Shown one piece after another: positions 31,869 to 45,391 of a stretch of 64,000 nucleotides of DNA (the first letter of the stretch is position 1; the number at the start of each line of letters is the position of its first letter). This DNA comes from the human T2T-CHM13v2.0 reference genome, Homo sapiens. The notes beneath the pieces are model-generated. The model was not told the DNA's origin and searched no databases. It was given only the letters and a program-made list of their open reading frames with translations. The DNA is taken from NCBI RefSeq assembly GCF_009914755.1, contig NC_060931.1, one strand, 5' to 3'. The position numbers were made by a program, and so were the translations under genes.

Positions 31869-32145
31869 GACAGAGTACTCTGTCACTCAGGCTGGAGTGC
31901 AGTGGTGCGATCTCAGCTCACTGCAACCTCTTTCTCCTGGGTTCAAGAGATTCTCATGTCTCAGCCTCCTGAGTAGCTGGAATTACAGCCGTGCACTATC
32001 ACGCCCAGCTAATTTTTGTATTTTTGGTAGAGACAGGGTTTCCCCATGTTGGCCAGGCTGGTCTCAAACTCCTGACCTCAAGTGATGCTCCCGCGTTGGC
32101 CTCCCAAACTGCTGGGATTACAGGCATGAGCCACCGTGCCTGGCC
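31823..32145 (-). mobile_element. AluS with (TTTA)n tail
   Basis: Full dimer, reverse orientation. Confidence 0.95.
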
Positions 32146-33261
32146 TTATCAAACTTTTATTGAGCATCAATTCTGGGCCAGGTACTGTTCAAGACACTGA
32201 AGATACAGGGATGAACAGACAAGGTCCCAGCTTTTAGGAGCTTATTTTCTGGTACGAAAGATAGACAGTAAAGAAGCACACAAGTAACTGAAGAAATGAA
32301 ATAATAATCTTAGCTAGTGAAATGAAAAAGAAAGACTGATGTAGGAGAGAGTTCCTCAGAAGGGGCTTATTGAGCTTTGTGGTCAGGGAGAGCTTTCTGA
32401 AAAGGTGACTGTCAGGCCATGGGTACCAAGCCAGAGCTCCTGCTCTGATCAGCTTCTTAAAACTTTCAGAAAGGCAATGGCTATAAATGGGAACAGCTGC
32501 CATGCATGGGCCTCTTGGGCTGTGGTTTCTGGTCCACCCAGCTGCTAATCCTTTTATTCACTCACCCATTTGCTGGTGGATTCACATGATCTTTTACTAA
32601 GTCAATGCATGTTTACTGTGCTCCAATAAATCACAAGAACTGCTTGCAAGGAGCTCACCATCTCGCAATGAGAAATAAACAATTGCAGCAGAGGATGACA
32701 AAAAATGTCTTAACACTAATAATCACTTCTGTTGGCTGAGTGCTTTGTGGGTACTAACTCATGTCACCGTCCCAGGAACCCTGTGAGGAAGGGAATGTTA
32801 CTATCCCCATTTTACAGATAAGGAAACTGAGGCACACACAAGCTGCCTGGGGCTCTGGGAGGGGGCACTAGAGAAGACTTCACAGAGGAGTGGCTCAGGC
32901 AGTGACTTGAAGGAGTGGGGCTTGGTCCCACGTAATTGAGGGCAGCAAGCATTCCTCATGGCACAGTAAAGGCACCCTAGGGGGTGGCTCTCAGGCCCCG
33001 ACTAGCCTGTTGTAGGCCACTGCATACAGACAATTCTAAGCATCCCACAAGCCCTGTGTGCGTGGCCTTTTCTAAGGTGCCTGCCAATAGGAGGCTTTAT
33101 CAACACGTCTCACTTTCTGGATTGGTAATTTTCTAGCATCTCTCCAGGCCATTTGATGAGAAACATTTTAAAAGGAGGTCAATGGCTTTCTAGGCTGATA
33201 ACTTGCATTTGTTTTTTTCTCAAGACACATTTTTTTCCCAGTCTCAATATTTGCATGTATT

Positions 33262-34437
33262 TAAAAAATAAATTCTGTTGTGTATATCATCCTAACAACA
33301 TGATATTATGATGACATATGGGTATATAGTAAAATGGTTACTATAGTGAACACATTAATATCCGTCATCGCCATAGTTACCCATTTTCCCCTTCCCCCTG
33401 TGGTCAGAGCAGCTATAATCTACTCAGTTAGCAAAAATCCTGAATACGATGCACTATGACGCCCTGTAGTCCTCATGATGGATCTTATGTCTCAGGCTTG
33501 TTTCTCCTGCGTGTCTGCTACTTAGCATCCTTTGACCTACATCTCCCGTTGCCTCACCCCCCACCGAATCCCTCATAACCACTGTTCTATTCACTATCTC
33601 TGTATATTTCACCTTTTATTTCTTTTTTAGATTCCACATGTAAGTGAGATAGTGCAACATGTTTCTTTCTGTGTCTATTAGCAAAATGACTTCCAGGTCC
33701 ATCTGTGTTGTGCAAATGGCAGGATCTCCTACTTTTTAAGGCTGAATAATATTCCATTTTCTTTATCCATTCATCTATCAACAGACATCGAGGTTGTGTC
33801 CATATCTTGGCTATTGTGAATATGATGCAATGAACACAGGAATGCAGATATCTTTATGAGGTGGTAATTTCATTTCCTTTGAGTGTATCTCCAGAGAAGG
33901 AATACGTTATTTTTATGTTTAATTTCTTTAGGAAACTCCATACTGTTTTCCATAATGGCTTCACCAACCTACATTCCCATCAACAGTCTATCATTTCTCT
34001 ACATGCTCATCAACACTTATTATCTCTTGTCTTTTTAATGGCAGCCATTCTAATTGGTGTGAGGTGATATCTCACTGTGGTTTGTATTTCCCCGATGAGC
34101 AATGTTAAGCATTCTTTCATACACCAGATCACCATTTTTGTTGTCTTTGGGGACATGCCTGTTCAGGTCCTTTGCCCATTTTTTAAATTGGGTTATATGT
34201 TTTCTTGCTATTGAGTTGTATGAGTTCTTTATAAATTTTGGATATTAACCCCTTATCAAATATATGGTTCCCAAATATTTTCCCCCAGTCTGTAGGCTGC
34301 CTTTTCATCTTGCTGATTGTTTCCCTCGCTGCACAGAAGTATTTTAGTTTGACATAGTCATATTTACTTATTTTTGTTTTTGTAACCTAAGTTTTGGGTG
34401 TGATACACAAGAAACCATTGCCAAGGCCAATGTCAAG
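33262..34437 (-). mobile_element. L1MA9/10-like 3' end
   Basis: Antisense L1 3'UTR and ORF2 end (ORF 33587..33781 minus: IDEWIKKMEYYSALK). Confidence 0.8.
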
Positions 34438-34952
34438 ACACATTTTGAAATGTTATAAATCCATTTCCAAAGGCAAAGCTGGTAGACATTTAGACAAGTA
34501 ATATATATTTACTTCATGTGAGGGACATAAAACAATGTCAAAATTAAATACATCCTTGTACTGATCATTTAGACTCACTGTCCAAAGAGAGTGGGATGAA
34601 ACCTTGTGGCTGGTTCATGATTTAGGAGGGATCCGATGCAGAGATTCTTTGTCAGTGCAGCTATAAACAATGCTAATCCCTTTTCTTTTTTGTGCACAAT
34701 CCATCTTCTCACCCCCAAATCTCAGACCCCACCCTGATTTCTGATTGCTCTAACATATCTACACAACACATAATCAAGCCATCCAATGTGTGATAAAACG
34801 TTCCTATTATCTTTCAGATAAATCCTATTTCTAAATGAAAAACTGTCCCCTACTGTTACTCCCAGAGAATATAACTTGTATCTTTCAGCCAGACTTTCAC
34901 ATCCAGATTCAGGCCCATAGCTGACTCTTGGGGGTCCTCGCAATCCCTCTCA

Positions 34953-35078
34953 ATACACACATACTACACACATGGCTGTCATCCATGGCCCTCACTATAC
35001 ACACATACTGCACATACAGCTGTCATCCATGGCCCTCACTATACACACATACTGCACATACAGCTGTCATCCATGGCC
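34953..35078. repeat. 44-bp minisatellite, ~2.9 copies
   Basis: atacacacatactgcacatacagctgtcatccatggccctcact at 34953, 34997, 35041. Confidence 0.95.
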
Positions 35079-37280
35079 TGAGTGGGACCCATCGCCCTCT
35101 GAGGTAGCTTCTCTGGGATTCTTATTCTCAGGGTGCAGATAACTCTCTAGAAAAAGTGACACTAACCAAAGTGTCACCCACAACTAAGTGATGGCTCGTG
35201 CTGGGCCCAGATGTCAAGGCCTGCACCTCTGCCTTCTCCCCTAACAGCAGCTCCTGGCAAGCGGTGGTGTTCTGGCATGAAAAAGCATGGTGCGGAGGGG
35301 CAGGAGGGAATTTAAACGTGTAAAAACTCACTGTGCTTTCATAAGGACTGTGCCCTCTAGCAGGAAGGCCTGGCCCTTATGATCAGAAAATTGGGCCTTC
35401 CAGGCTCTTCACATCAAAAAGTATCACTCTGATTGTATCTAGCACTATAATTTATTTTTCTAAAATTTTCCAGTGAAAGTATGAGCCTTGATCTCTCTCT
35501 GATGAGTGTCATGAGAACATAGTGAGCTAACTTCCTCCTGACTGTTTCTGCTTGATCTGATGCATTTTTTCCTGTTATTTCTAAGAAGTCGTCTTCACAC
35601 GGGCATCCCCTGGGAACTCCTGAATATTAGCCGCTACTGTACTCTCACTGCTTCTCTGCAATAGGTTCCTCACTTATTAAGAGCTAATGCCATTCCTGTG
35701 GTGGCTGTCTTCAAACCTCCCTGTGCCACACGAGCTTCCAGTCTCTTCCCCACGCCCCTCTCAGCTGGTCTTGCCTCCTGCTTGCTGGGGCACCCAAGGT
35801 GACCCCTTCATTTTCCCTGCTAGTGTCCCCTCCTCCTCTCCATATCCCAGGCTCTATTTCCATCACTGCTGTCTCCCTTTTCCCCCAGGAAGACACACTC
35901 TTACTTTTCTAAAATATTGATCATTATTTCTGAGCTCTGAGTCCTGTGGTCCCATCAGTCCTGCTTCCTCCCTTCTGCCCCGCAGTGCTGGCCTCTCCCA
36001 GCTGGCCAGTTGTTTATGAAGAACCCCAGCGGAGTCTCCCTGTGGCTTCCCTGTGAGCTGCCACCCTGTTCTCCCCTCTCGTTCCTTTCACTTCTAAACT
36101 TCTTGAAAAAGCAAACAGCTAATCTCCCGTGCCTCCTGCCTTCACTTCCTTCCTGCCCACTCTCTCCTGAACCTGAACCTCCTGGCTCTGGATTCTGACA
36201 CCAGCAGTCAAGTGACATGCTCCTGCCTGCCAGGCTGTACACTGGAAGGGGGACAAGAGAGAGGCCATTGGATCCGCTTGATGCAGAGGCAAGGAACAGT
36301 GCATTTGGCTGGATCTCTGTAATCGAGAAAACTGCACTGGTGGTTTGGAGGTTTTAAGTTGTTTGAGCCTCAAATGTTGATGCCAAGGGGTCCATGGCCA
36401 TATACTCCCACACCATATTTGGAGCAAAGTGCACAGGGACCCCACAGTGCCTCAGGATGAACATTGGGATGGAATGCAAACTGAGAGGAAGGGACAGTTC
36501 AAAGAGATTTGAAGTGAGTAGATGGGATGTGTTAGAGGTGGAGAAGAAGGGATGTGACCTGTCTCCAAAGTCGTGAGCAAGGGGAATACAGGCGCAAGTG
36601 TTTTTCTAGCTCCCATTTCCACCGCAGTCCAGTGTTTCTTGCCCACACCCTCCCACCAGAATGTAACCTTCACAGAAACTTGCCTTCCCACCTCTGCAGC
36701 CATTTCTCACAACATATAATATACATATGTGTATCTGTGTGTATTTATATAAAGCAAAATAAAATATTAGTTCAAGGTGATCATAGCATAAAACAAAGCC
36801 ATTTTAGATGTGGTCACTATATAGAGGGTTAATTTTAATTATTTTTAATTTTTTAATTTCCCATACCAGCATTGTAACTCGCTGCTAATACAAGCACTGC
36901 ATTGTGTGTGTAATTCAGATAGCAACAAATTCACAGCAAAATTATTTCAGGCCACGGGCTTGTGGGGTTGCTCATAATAGCTGGCCCAACTCCTGTGATA
37001 CTAGGATAGCCATCTCCAGGCAGAATAGGGAGTTTGGGAATGCCAGTAACCCAAGGGGATAAAACTTCACTTGCAAAGCATTCCACATTTTCAAAGCTTT
37101 TTTAAAAAAAATTATTTTAATTATCACACCAAACTTGATAGGGCAAATTTATTCCTACTGGGTATACAAGCAAAGTAAAATGAAGCCCAGTCATGAGCCT
37201 CCTGTGGGAACAGTCAACTTAAATACACTGGCAGAGCCAGTAAAACCCTGTACACCCGGCCTTGTTCACCCTCCCCCAGC

Positions 37281-37880
37281 AGCCTCTGGGGTAGGCCCAG
37301 GCCCCTCCCGCCCATGTCTTTTCCTGGCCTCTGGCCTATGGCCCATGGGTGAGGCCCAGGACCCCCACCCATGTCTTCTCCCAGCCCCTAGGTGAGGCCC
37401 AGGACCCTTCCACCCATGTCTTCTCCTAGCCTCTGGGTGAAGCCTGGATCCCTCCCACCCCCCATGTCTTTTCCTAGCCTCTGGGTGACCCAGCCATGTC
37501 TTCTTCTGGCCTCTGGGTGAGGCCTGGGTCCCTGCCACCCATGTCTTCTCCCAACCTCTGGGTGTGGCCCAGGTCCCCCAACCCATGTCTTCTCCAGGTC
37601 TCTGCGTGACCCACCCATGTCTTCTCTTTGCCTCTGGGTGAGGCCCGGGCCCCTCCCACCCATGTCTTCTTCTGGCCTCTGAGTGACCCAGCCATGTCTT
37701 CTGCTGGCCTCTGGGTGAGGCCCAGGCCCACCCCACCCATGTCTCCTCTTGGCCGCTGGGTGAGGCCCGGGTTCCCCCTATCCATGTCACCCATGTCTTC
37801 TCCAGGCCTCTGGGTGACCCAGGTATGTCTTCTACTACCCTCTGGGTGAGGTCTGCCTGTCCCATGTCTTGTCCTGGCTT
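37281..37880. repeat. GC-rich minisatellite, ~14 degenerate units of ~45 bp and ~32 bp
   Basis: Recurrent gcctctgggtga[ggcccaggncccyycc]acccatgtcttct. Confidence 0.93.
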
Positions 37881-38096
37881 CCCTGGGCCTTATCTGTCCG
37901 CCCCTCACTCCTCCTTGGAGGAGACTCCTCTTGATTCCCCCGGCCACCCCACCCAGAGAGCTCTCCCCAGCGTGCCCTGGGCCCTCCCCAGGCACGGTGC
38001 GGTGGGGTTCCTTGGGCGGCTTTCTGCAGATCACCCCCATCCCTAGCACCCACCATAATTCTCTGCGCAGCACAGAGGTGCAATCCCTGCAGCTGA

Positions 38097-38372
<276 letters not shown>

Positions 38373-38435
38373 AGGAGGCGGCCCTGCGCGGGCTGTCCAG
38401 GCCTCCGCCTGGGGAAGGCTTGTGCGGCGGTGGGA

Positions 38436-38486
38436 AATAAAGGCTGCTTCTCCGCGCTGCGCAGTGTGGTGGGTTCGGTGCTGTTC
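38436..38486 (+). terminator. Polyadenylation signal AATAAA (38436-38441) with downstream GU-rich element
   Basis: AATAAA, CA at ~38462, then gtgtggtgggttcggtgctgttc. Confidence 0.75.
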
Positions 38487-40606
38487 TCCGCTGGCCTGCG
38501 CGTCCCTGCCCAGCCCGCCTCTCTCCCCCGGCAGGCGGCGCTCAGCTGGACACTGGGCGCCCGCCAGCCGCGCCGCAGACTCCCAAGCCGCCGGCAGCAG
38601 GGTAGCAGGGCCTGTGTTGCAGAAGATTCCTCTTTAGGGTTGGAATATTGGGTCTACCTAGAGGTTTCACATGGCACCACTTCAGTGCAGGGATTCTAGA
38701 GCAGAGAGCAGACCATAGATTTTAGAATCTCAAAGGCAGTCTAGTCAAAAATCCGTATGCTGTCAGTGGGAACCCTGAGCTACTGAGAAAGTGCGTTCTT
38801 CTTTTCTAGCAGGGGACATCACACAAGGGGACAACATCTACCCTCTCTTGGCCTGCTCCAGTGTTTCCTTCAGAGAGAAGTGTTCCCCAGTCCCCATGAG
38901 GGTCCTGAAGTCTAAGTCAGGACCACTTTGGGTTAGAGTGTGGCCTGACCCGGCCTTGACCAAAGAGAGCACCAGCTCGCAGAATCTCTCAGGGGTGCAT
39001 GTGGGCTGAGGGGGAGCCCTCTGGCCTTCGGAATATACACATAAAGTACATTTATATAGTATTTGCATGCACATATACACATACACAGAGCCTATTGGAG
39101 TTTACAAAGTGCTTTTGTAAACCTTAGCTCATTTGATCCTGCAACCTTGTAATAAATTCTTATAGCAGGCATTTTACAAATATCTTGCAATTTATGAATT
39201 AAATAGACTAAGGCCAGGAGAAGTGAAGTATTTAAGGTCACGCAACTAATAATTAGTAGAGTTATAACTAGAATCCAGGTTTTCTAAATTTAGATATTAT
39301 ACCTCTCCTACCCTTCCATTTTTTCAGCAAATTGGATAACCTTCAATGAATTATAAAAACAAAACAAATAGAAACTGAAAAAAAAAACCCTCCCTGTGTT
39401 TCTAGACTTTTCTGAAGTGTCTCAGGGTTTTTATCTGACTTCTAAGAAATTAAGATCAAGATAGTTATACCTCAGAACTCCAAGTAAATGTGTAAATTCT
39501 TTTGGGGGTAGTTTGTTCTTGATTTTCCCACAGAAAGGGGGAAGTCAGCTATCTTTGTGATGGAATCATGTATTGCCTCAATGGACAACAACACATGCTT
39601 CGATGGTGAGTGTTTTACCAGGATGAAAGAGGAAGGGCAACAGCCATCCATCCTGAGGGCGGACGTGCCTGCGTGCAAAAGGAATGGTTCCCCCTGAACC
39701 CAATCTTGTAGTTTCATTATTTTTAGAAAGAGTAAATTGGAAAAAAAATAGACCCAAATAAAAATCTTCAACTCTGGAATGTTCTCAGCAAAACACAAAT
39801 GGGGCAGTATTAGCCTCCTTCAGGAAGCAGGTTAACGTAGGTACCTGAGATTACATTTTGCAGTAAACATCCCTGGCAGGCCACTTTGCCAGGGGGTGGT
39901 GGTGCTCAAAATCTGAGGCACCTCTTCATCATTCTGGGCCTGGATAGGGCTTCAGTAATACTGGATCTTAGCATTTTCCAGGCTAAGATAATTTTTCCAT
40001 TCTCTACAGTGCAGATACCTAGACACCTGTAAGAGCACTTGAACACCCCAATGCTGCTTCTAGAAGGATGTTGGCTTTGTCTGCGGCATCCCTGGGCCTC
40101 ATTCAGAAAAAGAGAGATGGTGACTCTTCATTTGCTTGTTCAGACTTATCACTTGTGAAGATAAAAATGCAAATCCTGTTCACCACAGACCTAGAATCCC
40201 AAGGTCAGTCACAACAAGGAAGAACATAGAATTACCAGTGTTCCTGACCCTGACCTGTGGGGTGGGTGTAAGTTGTAGTATTTGGGCTTCTGTGGTCAAC
40301 ATTACAACTAAAAGTCACAAAAGCCATGGAAAATAGTCTCAGGGATACACATCTGCTCTTCAGATTCTGAATTCTGGTCTTGCATGATTTCTTTCACCAG
40401 GAGCCAGCAGAGCTGTGCTTCCTCGGACTAACAACTTGCCCCTCACTCCCTACCCTCCGGGCACCGTCTCCTCTATAAAGTCACCCTCTCAGCTTTTCTT
40501 TATCCCCAGAGATGACACAAATACAGAGAACTGTGGCATTTTTATAGCATTTAGGTGAAAGATGTTATAAATTATACAGTTCACCTGAGAGAAAAAATAC
40601 ATGCTA

Positions 40607-40890
40607 AACCAGGCAGTGCCTCACACCTGTAATCCCAGCATTTGGGGAGGCCAAAGCGGGAGGATTGCTTCAGCCCAGAGTTCAAGATCAGACTGGGCAA
40701 CACAGTGAGACCTCTTCTCTACAAAAAAAAAAAAAATCAAAAAATGAAGGAGGATCACTTGAGCTCTGGAGGTTGAGGCTGCAATGAGCCATGATTGCAC
40801 CATTGCACTCTTGCCTGGGTGACAGAGTGAGACCCTGCCTCAAAAAATAAATAAATAAATAAATAGAAAGAAAGAAAGAAAATGAAAGAA
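40607..40890 (+). mobile_element. AluJ with internal deletion at start of right arm
   Basis: gggaggattgcttcagccc (J-type); linker joined directly to aggaggatcacttgag. Confidence 0.88.
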
Positions 40891-41731
40891 GAAAATCCAT
40901 GTGAATAATCTTATTCTAGCAAATAAGGATGTTAGAATGCAGCATATTAAAATATTACAAAAGTACAATACTATGAAAAAATATGGCACTCAACACAGAG
41001 CAGAATGGAAACTAGAATTGAACAGAGGAAAGTATTTTGAACTCCTGAGTGCAGGATAGGTTTTTTTCAATAGATGGTATTGGGACAACTATTTGAAACA
41101 AAAAAGAAATGTAGATCCACTAAATGAATTGTTCCTGGAATACAGACTTAAATAGATAAGTTACAGATTACTCGGAAATTCAAGAGAATTGGTTTATAAG
41201 GTGGAGGGTGTGAAAAAAATTTCCGAAAAGGACACTGAAGGAGATAAAAAGCTACTTTCAGTATAAAAAATACAACCAAAATTTTAAGATAAAACTGCCA
41301 GGAAAATATGTCAAAGGATTCATATTCTCATTGTAAAAACAGCCTATGATTTAAAAATGATTATACTAATAAAAACAAGTCAAAGGATGTTAATAAAAAA
41401 TAAGAAATATGAATGGCCAATACAATTTTTATACCTCAGTAGTATTAGAGAAATGACAGTAGTATTTCACTTTTCACCCACAAACTGGTGCTTATGAGCA
41501 GAAATAGATGTCTGTATACCACCGGTAGTTTACATGGGTAATACCTTCCTAGGGGATATTTGGCAAAATGTTTTAAGAGCTTTCGCAAGTGGCTTACATT
41601 TCAACTTGGTCATTTCGTTTTTAGGATTTTGTCAAAGCAAATAATCACACAGTAAGCAAATATATATGCATAAAGAATTAAAGGTGCAGCATTTTATTTA
41701 ACTGAGAGAAAATGAAAACAACTTACTGTCC

Positions 41732-42576
<845 letters not shown>

Positions 42577-43646
42577 GAGAGAGAAAATGTGATAAATTGT
42601 TGTACATTAATGTACTGAAATATATGCATTAAAAAGATAATAGAGCTTCGTATTGATTATCATGAAAAGATATATATGCAATATTGTTAAATGCAAAAGC
42701 AGGTATTACAACAGCGTGTATTTAATTATTTAAATTTTAAATATATGTATACATAGAAGACTGTAGAGAAAAGGTAAATAGTTACTAGTTCTGAGATTAC
42801 AGGTGATTACCCTTTTATACTGTTACTACAGTAGGCATGTGTTCTTAAAAACTGGAAAACTTAAGAAGTTATAAAAAAGTCAATGCCCTTTCTCTTCAAA
42901 GGTCCTTACATAAGAAACTATCCAAAACATTCCTTTTAATAATTTAGAACCAGAAAAATGATTGTCCCTCCTGAAAAAAACCTGGTTTTAGAGTATGAGA
43001 ATCATATAAGTCACCCACCTCAATCTCTTATAAAATCTGCTGGTTTATAACATATACAGGAGTGAAATTACATAAGGTAAAGTGCTTCCACTTCCCCCTG
43101 CCTGCCGGGGAGCTCAAAGCTGAAGTGAATAAACATATTAACTGATAGCTTAAACACTTGAGCCAGGGTTCCACATTTGAAACTGACATTTGAATAAGCC
43201 ACTAATGGAGTCATCCTGACCCAGGTTCAAGTTTGACAACCACTGATGACTCTGAGGGCTGTGTGCCTGCTTCCTCCTGCATTAGCTACATTTTAATAAA
43301 ATTTGTATCTTCTCTATTTCCTCAAGGATCTAAGGTATCTCCTAATACTGAAAGGACTTAAAGTGGACACAGAAAAATCTAAAACCTACGTGGCTTCACG
43401 TTTAATTTGTTTCCCATGAGTGTTTCATGCACAAAATGGAGCGTTGGTTTTAGGAAAAAAAAATTAGTCCATGTCCTGATAATTGTCCAAATTGCCCTTG
43501 TGGTCAGAGAAGGCAATTATCCAATAGCAGGAATAACTTACCAACCCAGAATTATTTTCTAATAAGTGAAAATATTCCAAATTTAATCTATTTGCTCCCT
43601 TTAGCACAGTACAGACTCTGGGCTGGGTGACATGGTTTTCAGTGTT

Positions 43647-43678
<32 letters not shown>

Positions 43679-44955
43679 GTTTCTTTTACTTTGTGTTGTA
43701 ATACACCCTTATGCATCCTATCCAAATGATATTCAGAAACAATACTGTGGTTTTATTTGACGCCATTGTATTTTTTTCATTATGGTTGGTTTAAATATAA
43801 TACTCACAATTACTGTTGTCAAAGCAATTCCCATTTCACCCTCTATAAATGTAGATTCCTCATGGAGTGGTGAAATTGACATTGAAGAGCTGTTTCAGCC
43901 CTGTTCATCTTACCTGCTAATTACAGGTGCACAGGAAGAGCGCTGGTTTCCTCTGTGCCGGCCCAGACTTGGCTGGTTACCCAGACTGGGTTTCCAGGGC
44001 AAATCCCATTGGTTCTAGTTTGTAAACTGTAAATGGAAACAGATTTACTTCCTTACATGCACACTTTGGAAATAAAGCCCTAAAAAGTGTTCAGTGTTAA
44101 TCTACGTTTCCAGTGCTGGTACATTGTTTTTATTGTGTCTTCCGTGGGCAGAGCCACAAGATAAAAGATAAAGTGAGACAGCAATGGGCCGGTGAGGACA
44201 GGCAGGAAGAGGTGTCTGGGCAGAGGAGGGGTGGGGAAGAGGCGCTGAGGGTGTGGTGCCCTGAGGTTGTAGGGTGCACATTGTGGAAGGTTGGGGTATC
44301 TGCACTGGAAGGCCAGTGTCACAGGATTGAGGCTGTCTGCTCTGGAGGGACCCATGGGCAGGGCCCAGACACAGCCCTGGGATGGCAACCCCACAGTGCT
44401 AAGCACAGTTCCAATGCAGGATTGCTGAGCTCAGGGCAGGGCTGTGGGCTGAGTGGGAACCGTGCTGGGCAAAGCAGAAATCAAGGAGAACTGATGTCTG
44501 ATAGCTGAGGGTAGGGGGTGGTATCAGAACACTGACTGTTGTCTACTTGCTGGAAAGAATGACTTCCAATCACAAATTAGTATATTGAGTAAATATTCCC
44601 CAACATTTAACGGCTTAGTACTATGCTTTCATACTCAGTTATCTAAGAAGACATATAACCAAAGTCTTCCCTGAGAAGTTTACTAAAAAGTCAGTGTTTC
44701 AAGGTAGATGCCCTATGGGTCCTTTCCTGGGATGATTCTAAGATCATGTGAGCAATTGTAGACTCCTAGTCCATAATCTAAAGCTTGCCTAAATAGACTA
44801 CAAGGATAACAGTCATGTCAAATGCTGCTGGGAGCACCTGGACTGGTTTCTAAGGAAAGTCTTGGCCTTCTGGTTGCTTCCTTGGCATGCATCATGGTGG
44901 AGTGGCCTCTGTTAAGGCACAGGCCTTGGTAAGAAGCTCAGTGTTCAAAGTGTGA

Positions 44956-45391
<436 letters not shown>

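Noticed and set aside
37281-37880. CRISPR-like repeat/spacer appearance
   Set aside because: Human DNA; the 'spacers' are homologous to each other, so it is a degenerate tandem repeat; no cas genes
37266-38073. Two 199-aa minus-strand ORFs with repeated peptides (HPEARRRHGW, TQRPGEDMG)
   Set aside because: Several frames are open and swap peptides between units, as expected from a GC-rich minisatellite; no splice or poly(A) support seen
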